Assembly (NCBI GenBank): GCA_041397045.1 | Contig: JAWKXK010000012.1 | Span: forward strand, 83,856 to 147,855 | Origin: Paracoccaceae bacterium | Lineage (GTDB): Bacteria > Pseudomonadota > Alphaproteobacteria > Rhodobacterales > Rhodobacteraceae | DNA: 64,000 nucleotides | Reading direction: 5' to 3' | Shown: positions 9,845 through 18,410 of the stretch, piece by piece | Numbering within the stretch: the first letter of the stretch is position 1 | How the letters are laid out: each line of letters starts with the position of its first letter | The notes under the pieces: generated by a model | What the model saw: the letters and a program-made list of their open reading frames with translations, nothing else | Database searches by the model: none | Told to the model about the DNA's origin: nothing | Position numbers and translations under genes: made by a program

Positions 9845-10951
9845 CTAGCCCCGCGCCGCGGCGAGCGCCTGCGGCAGAACCTCGTCCAGCACATCCAGAT
9901 CGGCTGCTGTGCCCGCGCTGATGCGGATGCAGCGGTCGAGCGGGGCGACCCCCGGCATGCGGATGAACAGCCCGCGCGCAAGGCAGCCTTGCAGCACGGC
10001 GCGGGCGAAGCTGCCATCGCGGCCGCAATCCACCGCCACGAAATTCGTGGCCGAGGGCAGGGCGGCCAGACTGTTGGCTGTGGCGATGGTGGCGATCCGG
10101 TCGCGGGCGGTGGCGACCTGCGCCTGCACGGCGCGCAGATGATCCTGATCGGCCAGCGCGGCCATGGCCCCCGCTTGCGCCACGCGGCCGAGGCCGAAAT
10201 GGTTGCGGACCTTGTCGAAGGCGCGGATCAGGCCCGGCGCGGCGAGCGCATAGCCCATGCGCAGACCGGCAAGGCCATAGCCCTTGGAAAAGGTGCGCAG
10301 GCGGATCACGCGCGGATCGTCGGGCGCGATCCGGGGGGCGGTGCCGGTGGGGGCGAGGTCGATGTAGGCCTCGTCCAGCACCAGAAGCGCGCCATCCGGC
10401 AGGGCCTCCACCATCGCCTCGACCGTGGCGGCGGGGTGCCAACTGCCCATCGGATTGTCGGGATTGGCGAAATAGACAAGCTTTGCCCCCACCTCGCGCG
10501 CCTTGTCGAGCAGGGCTTCGGGATCTTCGCGATCATCGCGATAGGGGACGCGATGCAGATCGGCCCCGAAGCCCGCGACATGGAAATTGAAGGTGGGATA
10601 GGCCCCGAAGGAGGTGACGACCGCATCGCCGGGACCGGCGATCAGGCGCACCAAGAGGCCGAGCAGCCCGTCGATCCCTTCGCCCACCATCACATGCGCA
10701 GGCGTGACCCCGTGATGGGCGGCGAGGGCGGCGCGCAGATCGTGCATTTCCGGATCGCCATACATCCACGCCTCGCCCGCCGCCGCCGCCATGGCGGCGA
10801 TGGCGCGGGGGGAGGGGCCAAAGCGGCTTTCATTCGCGCCGAGGCGCGCGCGGAAGGCGCGGCCCTGCGCGCGTTCCTGCGTTTCCGGGCCGACGAAGGG
10901 CACGGTTTCGGGAAGCGAGGCGGCAAGCGGGGTGAGGCGAGGTTCGGTCAT
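9845..10951 (-). CDS. HisC-like PLP-dependent aminotransferase (class I/II)
   Basis: LGANES, ANPDNPMG, VLDEAY, RTFSKGYGLAGLRMG; start MTEPRL at 10951. Confidence 0.9.
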   Translation of the reverse strand: MTEPRLTPLAASLPETVPFVGPETQERAQGRAFRARLGANESRFGPSPRAIAAMAAAAGEAWMYGDPEMHDLRAALAAHHGVTPAHVMVGEGIDGLLGLLVRLIAGPGDAVVTSFGAYPTFNFHVAGFGADLHRVPYRDDREDPEALLDKAREVGAKLVYFANPDNPMGSWHPAATVEAMVEALPDGALLVLDEAYIDLAPTGTAPRIAPDDPRVIRLRTFSKGYGLAGLRMGYALAAPGLIRAFDKVRNHFGLGRVAQAGAMAALADQDHLRAVQAQVATARDRIATIATANSLAALPSATNFVAVDCGRDGSFARAVLQGCLARGLFIRMPGVAPLDRCIRISAGTAADLDVLDEVLPQALAAARG

Positions 10952-10995
10952 GGCCGGGAGGGAAGCGCGGGGCGCGGGAAAGCGCAAGGGGGGAC

Positions 10996-11112
10996 GAATT
11001 TTCTGCGAAAATTCTGGGGGACGATCCTTCTGGGGAAGGATCGGGCGCACGGGTTGGGCCGGGCGTGCCTGTCGGGGCGGGGCGCGGGGAAGAATTTTCG
11101 GAGAAAATTCTT
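10996..11112. repeat. Cluster of three short AT-core palindromes
   Basis: GAATTTTC-tgc-GAAAATTC (10996-11014), CGATCCTTC-tggg-GAAGGATCG (11022-11043), AAGAATTTTC-gga-GAAAATTCTT (11090-11112). Confidence 0.75.
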
Positions 11113-11134
11113 GCGGGGCCAAACTTTGGCGGGG

Positions 11135-11467
11135 TCAGTCCTTCAGGAAGCTGCGGCGGGCCTCTTCGGCCATGGCCTGACGCATCTCGACCCGTGCGAG
11201 TTCGGCCATCAGCGCCTTGCGGGCGGCGGGATCGGTTTCACGGGCGAGGGCGGCGCGCAGGCGCGCGGCTTCCTTCTTGTGGCGGATCTCTTCGGGCAGG
11301 ACACCCGCCTCGGCCATGATGCGGAAGCCCACCGCATCGCCGGGGCTGATGAAGGCGTCGCCGGGGCGGTCGGGGAGGGGTTTGCCCTCGCCCTCCAGAC
11401 CCTGAAGATCGCCCTTCAGGCGGGCCTTCTGCATCTGGCGTTCGGCAAGGCGCGAGAGCCATGACAT
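11135..11467 (-). CDS. DUF1992 (DnaJ-C28-like) protein
   Basis: MSWLSRLAERQMQKARLKGDLQGLEGEGKPLP...RIMAEAGVLPEEI; RBS GGAG upstream. Confidence 0.85.
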   Translation of the reverse strand: MSWLSRLAERQMQKARLKGDLQGLEGEGKPLPDRPGDAFISPGDAVGFRIMAEAGVLPEEIRHKKEAARLRAALARETDPAARKALMAELARVEMRQAMAEEARRSFLKD

Positions 11468-11579
11468 GGGCGGCACTCCTTTTGTGGGAGTGTCGCGCCA
11501 GTGGCGGCAAAAGGAAAGGGGGGCTGCGCGCCCCCCTCGCCCCCCCTTGCGGGGTGTTTCACTTTCGGAACGGAGAATG

Positions 11580-14489
11580 TCAGCCGATCTCGGCAAGGCG
11601 CTTCAGCGCGGCTTCCAGTTTGCCTGCCTCATCCTCGCGCGCGTCCAGATTGGCGCGGGCCTCTTCCACCACCTCTTCGGGGGCGGAGGCGACGAAGGCG
11701 GGGTTCCCCAGGCGGCCTTTCAGACCCCCGATCTCTTTCCCCAGCTTTTCCAGCGCCTTGGAGAGACGCGCCTTTTCCTCGGCGATGTCGATGATCCCTT
11801 CGAGGGGCAGCGCGAAGGCCGCGCCTTCCAGCGCGATGGAGACAGAGCCCTTGGGGGCCTGTGCGGCCTCGGTCAGGGTTTCGACCCGGGCGAGGCGCTT
11901 GATCAGCACCTCGTTCCGCGCCCAGGCCTGACGGGCCTCGTCGCTCAGCGTTGTTGCGACAAGGTCGATCTTCAGGCCGACGGGGACGTGCATCTGCGCG
12001 CGGGCGGAGCGGATTTCGTCGATCAGGGTGGTGACCCAGCCCATTTCGCGATCCGCCGCCGCATCGGCGAGCGAGAGGTCGGCCGCAGGCCAATCGGTAT
12101 GGACGAGCATCTTGGCGCGGGTGCCGGTGGTGGCCCAAAGCTCCTCGGTGATGAAGGGCATCATGGGGTGCAGCAGGATCATGCAATGGTCCAGCACCCA
12201 GGCCATGGTCTGGCGGGTTTCCTCGGCGGCGGGGCCATCGAAGAGGGGTTTGGCGAATTCGACATACCAGTCGCAGACCTTGCCCCAGACGAATTTGTAA
12301 AGGGCATCCGCCGCCTGATCGAAGCGGTAATCGGCGAGGGCCGCGTCCACATCGGCGATGGTGCGCAGGGTTTCGCCGATGATCCAGCGGTTGGCGGTGG
12401 CGGTGGCCTTCGGGGCGGAGGCTTGCGTGGCGTGGCCCTCCCAGACGCCGTTCATTTCGGCGAAGCGGCAGGCGTTCCAGAGTTTGGTGCCGAAGTTGCG
12501 ATAGCCTGCGATGCGCGCGGTATCGAGTTTCAGCACGCCGCCGAGCGAGGCCATCGCCGCATTGGTGAAGCGCAGCGCATCGGCGCCGTATTCGCCGATG
12601 ATCTCCAGCGGGTCGATGACGTTGCCGAGCGACTTGGACATCTTCTTGCCCTTGGCATCGCGGACGAGGCCGTGGAGGTAGACCGTCCTGAACGGCACCT
12701 CATTCACGACCGCCAGCTGCATCATCATCATCCGGGCGACCCAGAAGAAGAGGATATCCTGCCCGGTGATGAGGACGGAGGTCGGGAAGTAGCGTTTCAG
12801 CGCGTCGGTCTGTTCGGGCCAGCCCAGCGTGCCGATGGGCCAGAGGCCGGAGGAGAACCAGGTGTCGAGGACGTCGGGGTCGCGGGTAAGCGCGCGGCCG
12901 CCTGCCATGGCCTGCGCCTCTGCCTCGGTCGCGGCGCAGAAGTGGTTGCCTTCGGCATCATACCAGACCGGGATCTGATGGCCCCACCAGAGTTGGCGCG
13001 AGATGCACCAAGGTTCGATATTGTCGAGCCAGTGGTAATAGGTCCGCTCGCCGCTTTCGGGGATGATCCGGACCGTTCCGTTACGGACGGCGTCCAGCGC
13101 GGGTTGCACAATTCGAACAGTATCGACGAACCATTGGTCCGTCAGCATCGGTTCAATTACCACTTTCGAACGATCGCCGAAGGGCTGCATGATCTTCTTC
13201 GCCTCGACCAGCGGCACGGGTGCATCCGCCCCCTCGGCATCCTTCTTCACCGCCGCCTTGCCCAGGCGCGGGTCATCCGCCCGCGTCATCACGGCCAGAC
13301 CTTCGGCTGTGATCTCTTCAATCACGCGCTTCCTCGCCTCCATCCGGTCAAGCCCGCGGAGGTGATCGGGGACGAGGTTCAGGGCATCGGCCTCGGCCTC
13401 GGACAGCACCCGCTCTCCGCGTGCGACGGATTGGGCGATGGTGGCGGCCTCGGCATAGGGCAGGCCGTCGGCGCGCATCTGGGCGCGGGTGTCCATCAGG
13501 CGGTAGCAGGGGATGTTGCCGCGCTTGGCGACCGCATAGTCGTTGAAGTCATGCGCCCCGGTGATCTTGACCGCGCCCGAGCCGAAGGTGGGATCGGGGT
13601 ATTCGTCGGTGATGATCGGGATCAGGCGGCGATGTTCCTTTGGCCCGACCGGGATTTCGCAGAGCAGCCCCACGATGGCGGCGTAGCGTTCGTCAGAGGG
13701 ATGCACGGCCACCGCGCCGTCGCCCAGCATGGTTTCGGGGCGGGTGGTGGCGATGGAGATGTAATCGCGCGTCTCGCGCAGGGTGACGTTCCCCTCGGCG
13801 TCTTTCTCGACATACTCATAGGTGGCCCCACCCGCGAGCGGGTATTTGAAGTGCCACATATGGCCGTCCACCTCGATATTCTCGACTTCGAGATCGGAGA
13901 TCGCGGTTTCGAAATGCGGGTCCCAGTTCACCAGCCGCTTGCCGCGATAGATGAAGCCCTTGTTGTAGAGATCGACGAAGACGCGGATCACGGCGTCGTG
14001 GAAGTTGCCCTCTTCCCCCGCTGGCGCGCCCGGCGCGCCGGACATGGTGAAGGCTTCGCGGTCCCAGTCGCAGGAACAGCCGAGGCGCTGAAGCTGGCCG
14101 ATGATGGTGCCGCGGGAGTTGCGTTTCTGGTCCCAGACGCGGCGGGTGAAGGCGTCGCGGCCCATCTCGCGGCGCGAGGGTTCGCCGTTCCTGGCCATTT
14201 CGCGTTCGGTCACCATCTGGGTGGCGATCCCGGCATGGTCGGTTCCCGGCTGCCAGAGCGTATCGTGCCCTTTCATGCGGTGCCAGCGCGTCAGGATATC
14301 CTGCAGCGTGTTGTTGAAGGCGTGGCCCATATGGAGCGAGCCCGTCACATTGGGCGGGGGATCATCACGCAGAAGGCTTTCGGCGCCGGGCTTGGCATTG
14401 GCCCCGGCGCGGAAGGCTTTTTCCCCGATCCATTTCGCGGAGATCCGCGCCTCGGCCTCGGCGGCGTTGAAGGTCTTTTCCATCGGCAT
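11580..14489 (-). CDS. valS: Valine--tRNA ligase
   Basis: [45 protein letters not shown]-terminal coiled coil. Confidence 0.97.
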   Translation of the reverse strand: MPMEKTFNAAEAEARISAKWIGEKAFRAGANAKPGAESLLRDDPPPNVTGSLHMGHAFNNTLQDILTRWHRMKGHDTLWQPGTDHAGIATQMVTEREMARNGEPSRREMGRDAFTRRVWDQKRNSRGTIIGQLQRLGCSCDWDREAFTMSGAPGAPAGEEGNFHDAVIRVFVDLYNKGFIYRGKRLVNWDPHFETAISDLEVENIEVDGHMWHFKYPLAGGATYEYVEKDAEGNVTLRETRDYISIATTRPETMLGDGAVAVHPSDERYAAIVGLLCEIPVGPKEHRRLIPIITDEYPDPTFGSGAVKITGAHDFNDYAVAKRGNIPCYRLMDTRAQMRADGLPYAEAATIAQSVARGERVLSEAEADALNLVPDHLRGLDRMEARKRVIEEITAEGLAVMTRADDPRLGKAAVKKDAEGADAPVPLVEAKKIMQPFGDRSKVVIEPMLTDQWFVDTVRIVQPALDAVRNGTVRIIPESGERTYYHWLDNIEPWCISRQLWWGHQIPVWYDAEGNHFCAATEAEAQAMAGGRALTRDPDVLDTWFSSGLWPIGTLGWPEQTDALKRYFPTSVLITGQDILFFWVARMMMMQLAVVNEVPFRTVYLHGLVRDAKGKKMSKSLGNVIDPLEIIGEYGADALRFTNAAMASLGGVLKLDTARIAGYRNFGTKLWNACRFAEMNGVWEGHATQASAPKATATANRWIIGETLRTIADVDAALADYRFDQAADALYKFVWGKVCDWYVEFAKPLFDGPAAEETRQTMAWVLDHCMILLHPMMPFITEELWATTGTRAKMLVHTDWPAADLSLADAAADREMGWVTTLIDEIRSARAQMHVPVGLKIDLVATTLSDEARQAWARNEVLIKRLARVETLTEAAQAPKGSVSIALEGAAFALPLEGIIDIAEEKARLSKALEKLGKEIGGLKGRLGNPAFVASAPEEVVEEARANLDAREDEAGKLEAALKRLAEIG

Positions 14490-14577
14490 CGCATTCAATC
14501 CCTGACTGTCGCCGCGGGTTCTAGCGCGCGATGGGGGCGAGGGAAAGACGGGGTTTGGGAATGGCGGGGATTGGCTG

Positions 14578-15396
14578 TCAGAGGAGGGGCTGGCCTGCGA
14601 TCGCCTGGGCGAAGGTGGCCAGCACGAGCAGGGTGAAGGCAAGGCTGCCCGCGCCGACAAGGGCGAGGCTGCGCGGGCCATCGGCGAGGCGGGCGGCGGC
14701 GAGGCCCCAGAGCGGCAGGGCGTGCAGGGCGTGAGTGGCGAGGAAATGGGCGACGCGGAGATCGCCCACCTCGCGCGACCAGCCGAAGAGGGGGAGGGTG
14801 GCCCCGGTGACGGGGGTTCCGACATGGTGGCCGGGGGTAGAGGACATGTAGCCCGCGGTGAGGAGGGTCAGCAGGAAGGTGAGGATGAGGCCGTGGACGA
14901 GTGCGCGCTTGATCGCCGGGTGAAGGCCCGTGGCTGGGTTGCGGTGGATGGCGAGGCCCATCACGAGGCTGGCGGAGGTGAGCGTGGCGGCGGCCAGACC
15001 CATGAGGGAGTAGAGCACCTGCCAGGGCGGTGAGGAGAGGTTGAAATGCGAGGTCGTGCCCATCGCCGCCGCGCCGCCGATCCAGAGGAGTTCGGCGATG
15101 ACGCAGAGGCAGACCAGCGCCACGAAGCCGCGCCAGCGGCGGGAGGCGCGCATGCCTTCGGGCAGCCAGCGGGCGAAGGCGGCGAGGGTGACGAGGTAGA
15201 TGGCGAGGGCGATGTGGAATTTCAGGGGTTTGAGCCAGATATCCTCGGCCCCGGAAAGGCGGGGATCGAGGAGCATGGCCAAGAGGAGGGGCGCCATGGC
15301 CAGAAGGATCAGGAGGGCAAGGCCGGTGAAGGCGGGGGCGTCGGTCCAGAGGCGGTGGGTGAAGGTGGGCCGGGAAGGGGCGGAGAATGCGGTCAT
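14578..15396 (-). CDS. Multi-pass membrane protein of unknown function
   Basis: About 7 hydrophobic segments; motifs [32 protein letters not shown]. Follows the DUF4281 gene after a 4 bp gap. Confidence 0.85.
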   Translation of the reverse strand: MTAFSAPSRPTFTHRLWTDAPAFTGLALLILLAMAPLLLAMLLDPRLSGAEDIWLKPLKFHIALAIYLVTLAAFARWLPEGMRASRRWRGFVALVCLCVIAELLWIGGAAAMGTTSHFNLSSPPWQVLYSLMGLAAATLTSASLVMGLAIHRNPATGLHPAIKRALVHGLILTFLLTLLTAGYMSSTPGHHVGTPVTGATLPLFGWSREVGDLRVAHFLATHALHALPLWGLAAARLADGPRSLALVGAGSLAFTLLVLATFAQAIAGQPLL

Positions 15397-15400
15397 CGGA

Positions 15401-15823
15401 TCAGCCTTTCAGGCGGGAGAGGGTGAAACGCAGGGCGGAAAAGGCGAGAAACCCCGCTGGGCCGAAGAGGAAGGTCAGGGCGAGGCAGGGCAGCAGGAAG
15501 AGATGCGGGATGCCTTCGTCGCGGGCGGTGCGCGTGGCCCATGCGCCGATGAGCAGATCGAAGGCGAGGTAGTGGAGCCAGCCCGCCAGCGCGACATGCG
15601 GATCGGTGAAGAGGAGTTGCACCTGTGCGAGGGTGGCAAAGCCGCCCTCGGCCCCCGACCAGAAGGCGAGGATCAGCCCCGCATAGGCGAGCGACAGGAG
15701 CAGCGGCACCACCACCCCCGCCAGCAGCAGCGCGGGGCGCGGGGCCAGCGGCGACAGGGCCAGCGCAAGCCAGCCCGCCATGGCCAGCGGATTGGCGATC
15801 TGGAACAGGCTGTCCGGTGTCAT
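15401..15823 (-). CDS. ABA4-like / DUF4281 membrane protein
   Basis: GGFATLAQVQLLF, LAGWLHYLAFDLLIG, LTFLFGPAG. Confidence 0.88.
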   Translation of the reverse strand: MTPDSLFQIANPLAMAGWLALALSPLAPRPALLLAGVVVPLLLSLAYAGLILAFWSGAEGGFATLAQVQLLFTDPHVALAGWLHYLAFDLLIGAWATRTARDEGIPHLFLLPCLALTFLFGPAGFLAFSALRFTLSRLKG

Positions 15824-15833
15824 CTTGGCCCCC

Positions 15834-15905
15834 ATCTTTACACTGTCAACATGGGTGCGCCGAATCGCGGGCTTCGGTCAAGCGTTATCTTTACAGCGAC
15901 AAGAT
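15834..15905. promoter_or_regulatory. Two 19 bp imperfect palindromes, probable TetR operators
   Basis: ATCTTTACACTGTCAACAT (15834-15852) and ATCTTTACAGCGACAAGAT (15887-15905), each just upstream of one of the divergent genes. Confidence 0.7.
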
Positions 15906-15923
15906 TGTCGCCTATGCAGGGGC

Positions 15924-16511
15924 ATGGCTGAAGACAGGCGCACCTATCACCATGGCGATCTGCGCGCGGCGCTGCTGCGGGCGGCGGAAGAGGAGTTGCA
16001 GGCCAGCGGGGTGGAGGCGTTCTCGCTGCGGCAGGTCGCGCGGCGGGCCGGGGTGAGCCATGCCGCGCCGACGCATCATTTTGGCGATGCGCGGGGCCTG
16101 TTGACGGCGCTGGCGGCGGAGGGGTTCCACCGGTTTCTGGCGGCGCAATCGCTGCGCGAGGCGCGGGCCGATCCTGCGCCTGCGGCGCAGTTGACGGCGG
16201 CGGGCCTGGGCTATGTGGATTTCGCGATGGAGCGGCCCGCTCTGTTTCGGCTGATGTTCGGGTCGGACCGGCCCGACTTTGCCGATCCGGTGCTGAACGA
16301 GGCCGCGACGGCGGCCTATCGGCATCTGCGCGATCAGGTGGCGGAGGTCGGCGGGGATGAGGTGGCCGCGGCCTCTGTCTGGGCGATGGCGCATGGTCTG
16401 GCGGATCTGCTGTCGAATGGTCGGCTGCGGGCGATCCTGTCGCTGCCCGAGGCGGCGCGGCAGGATGTTCTGGCGGCGCTGCTGGAGCGCGCCTTTCCGG
16501 GGAGCGGTTGA
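15924..16511 (+). CDS. TetR/AcrR family regulator (WHG-type C-terminus)
   Basis: YHHGDLR, FSLRQVARRAGVSHAAPTHHF, WAMAHG. Confidence 0.92.
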   Translation: MAEDRRTYHHGDLRAALLRAAEEELQASGVEAFSLRQVARRAGVSHAAPTHHFGDARGLLTALAAEGFHRFLAAQSLREARADPAPAAQLTAAGLGYVDFAMERPALFRLMFGSDRPDFADPVLNEAATAAYRHLRDQVAEVGGDEVAAASVWAMAHGLADLLSNGRLRAILSLPEAARQDVLAALLERAFPGSG

Positions 16512-16523
16512 TCCGGGGTAGGA

Positions 16524-16955
16524 TCAGACGGCGCGATCAAGCCGGGTGGAGAGGTGGATCAGGCTTTCGGAGGAGCGGACGCCGGTGATCGCGCCGATCT
16601 GATCCAGCACCTGATCGAGGACCTGGGTATTCGGGCAGGCGATCTGCATCAGAAGATCGAACCGGCCCGAGGTGGTGAAGACCTTCTCCACCTCGGCGAT
16701 GGCCTTGAGGCGCTGCAGGATCCCGGCCTGGGCGCGGGGTTCGATGGTGAGCAGGACCGAGGCACGCAAGCGCCCCTGACGGGCCCCTTCGCCCAGTTTC
16801 AGGGTGTAGCCCGCGATCACCCCGGTGGTTTCCAGCCGCTCCAGCCGGGCCTGGATGGTTGAACGCGCAACCTTTAGTCGCCGGGCGAGTGTGGCCACCG
16901 ACATGCGGGCATCCGCCCCCAGAAGCCCGATTATGTTGCGATCCAGTTCGTCCAT
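16524..16955 (-). CDS. Lrp/AsnC family regulator
   Basis: MDELDRNII...DARMS...LARRLKVARSTIQARLERLE..GVIAGY; SGRFDL. Confidence 0.93.
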   Translation of the reverse strand: MDELDRNIIGLLGADARMSVATLARRLKVARSTIQARLERLETTGVIAGYTLKLGEGARQGRLRASVLLTIEPRAQAGILQRLKAIAEVEKVFTTSGRFDLLMQIACPNTQVLDQVLDQIGAITGVRSSESLIHLSTRLDRAV

Positions 16956-17061
16956 GCAATCTGCCCGATCTTTTCGTCATTATAACGACAATTCGCTACA
17001 TTTATACAGTTTTGTTCGGTGAGTTTGTACCCCATATGCGGCATCCTCGATTGCAGGAAAA

Positions 17062-17133
17062 GGGCGGCTCATACGCACCTGGCCTGGTTGGAAAAAACCT
17101 CGCAGGTGCCGCTGCCCGTAACATGCAAACGGG
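17062..17133 (+). promoter_or_regulatory. Candidate structured 5' leader RNA of the ornithine decarboxylase gene
   Basis: Nested stems GGGCGGC/GCTGCCC, GCACCTG/CAGGTGC and GGTT/AACC, plus a competing CCCGT/ACGGG stem. Confidence 0.45.
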
Positions 17134-17170
17134 GAGGGCTTGCGTCTTGTTGGCAGAAAGGATCACGCCG

Positions 17171-18316
17171 ATGGGACTGTCCAAAACGATCTGGACCAAT
17201 CCGACCGAATTCCTCCGCAACCAGCAGCCGGAAAACCCGGTGCTGTTCTTCAGCCCTTCGGCCCTGCAGGCCGCCGCGCGCCGTTTCATCGACGGCTTTC
17301 CGGGCATGGTCACCTATGCGGTGAAATCCAACCCCGGCGAAGAGGTGATCGAGAACCTCGCCGCGGCCGGCATCCGCGGCTATGACTGCGCGTCGAGCTT
17401 TGAGATCGACCTGATCCGCCGTCTGGCCCCGGATGCGGCCATTCACTACAACAATCCGGTGCGTGCGCGTTCCGAGATCGCCCATGCGGTGGCGAAAGGC
17501 GTCAAGTCCTGGTCGGTGGATTCGCACAGCGAGCTGGCCAAGCTGATCGAGATGGTCCCGGCGCAGGACAGCGAGATTTCGGTCCGCTTCAAGCTGCCGG
17601 TGGCCGGGGCGGCCTATAACTTTGGCGCGAAGTTCGGGGCGACGGCGGAAGCGGCGACGGCGCTTTTGCGCCGGGTGGCCGAGGCGGGGTTCATCCCGTC
17701 GCTGACCTTCCACCCCGGCACGCAATGCACCGATCCGGCGGCCTGGGAGACCTATATCCGCACGGCGGCCGAGATTGCGCGCAATGCGGGCGTGACGATT
17801 GCCCGGCTGAATGTCGGCGGGGGGTTCCCGTCGCATCGCCTGATGGGTGTGGTGCCGCAGCTTGAGGCGACCTTCGCCCTGATCGACCGGGTGGCGGGTG
17901 AAGCCTTTGGCGCGGCGCGGCCGATGCTGGTATGCGAGCCGGGGCGCGGGCTGTGCGGGGATGCCTTCACGCTGGCGGCGCGGGTCAAGGCGCTGCGGGA
18001 CGATACCCATGTTTTCCTGAATGACGGGGTCTATGGCACGCTGACCGAACTGCCGCTGATCGGGGTGATCGACCGGACCGAGGTGCTGACGCCCGAAGGG
18101 GCCAAGCGCGAGGGGGCGATCCAGCCGCGCATCGTGTTCGGGCCGACCTGCGATTCGGTGGACCGTCTGCCGGGCGAGGTGGCCTTGCCCGCCGATATCG
18201 CCGAGGGCGATTATGTGATCGTGCAGGGGATGGGGGCCTATTCGACGGTGACCAATACCCGTTTCAACGGTTTTGGCGACCTGACCATGGCGACGGTGCT
18301 TTCGCTGAAGGTCTGA
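17171..18316 (+). CDS. Type III PLP-dependent ornithine/lysine decarboxylase
   Basis: YAVKSNP, YDCAS, KFGA, FHPGTQ, LNVGGGF, EPGR, FGPTCDS, GAYS. Confidence 0.92.
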   Translation: MGLSKTIWTNPTEFLRNQQPENPVLFFSPSALQAAARRFIDGFPGMVTYAVKSNPGEEVIENLAAAGIRGYDCASSFEIDLIRRLAPDAAIHYNNPVRARSEIAHAVAKGVKSWSVDSHSELAKLIEMVPAQDSEISVRFKLPVAGAAYNFGAKFGATAEAATALLRRVAEAGFIPSLTFHPGTQCTDPAAWETYIRTAAEIARNAGVTIARLNVGGGFPSHRLMGVVPQLEATFALIDRVAGEAFGAARPMLVCEPGRGLCGDAFTLAARVKALRDDTHVFLNDGVYGTLTELPLIGVIDRTEVLTPEGAKREGAIQPRIVFGPTCDSVDRLPGEVALPADIAEGDYVIVQGMGAYSTVTNTRFNGFGDLTMATVLSLKV

Positions 18317-18410
18317 TCCCGGCCAGTGATTTCTGACAGGGCGCGCCCCCGGCTGGACATTCCCGGCCGGGGGCGTAGCTTTTGGCGCTGCCAGAGGAAG
18401 GAAATCGCCC

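Noticed and set aside
11466-14636. Very long antisense ORFs (this 1056 aa one, and e.g. 7145..9439, 34036..36072, 20678..22177)
   Set aside because: Shadow frames opposite valS, gatB, ppiD and gltA, typical of high-GC codon bias; no recognisable motifs.
16859-17170. N-terminal extension or SpeFL-like leader peptide for the decarboxylase
   Set aside because: The extension overlaps the divergent lrp gene and promoter, a good RBS precedes ATG 17171, and I saw no separate short ORF with a clear RBS.
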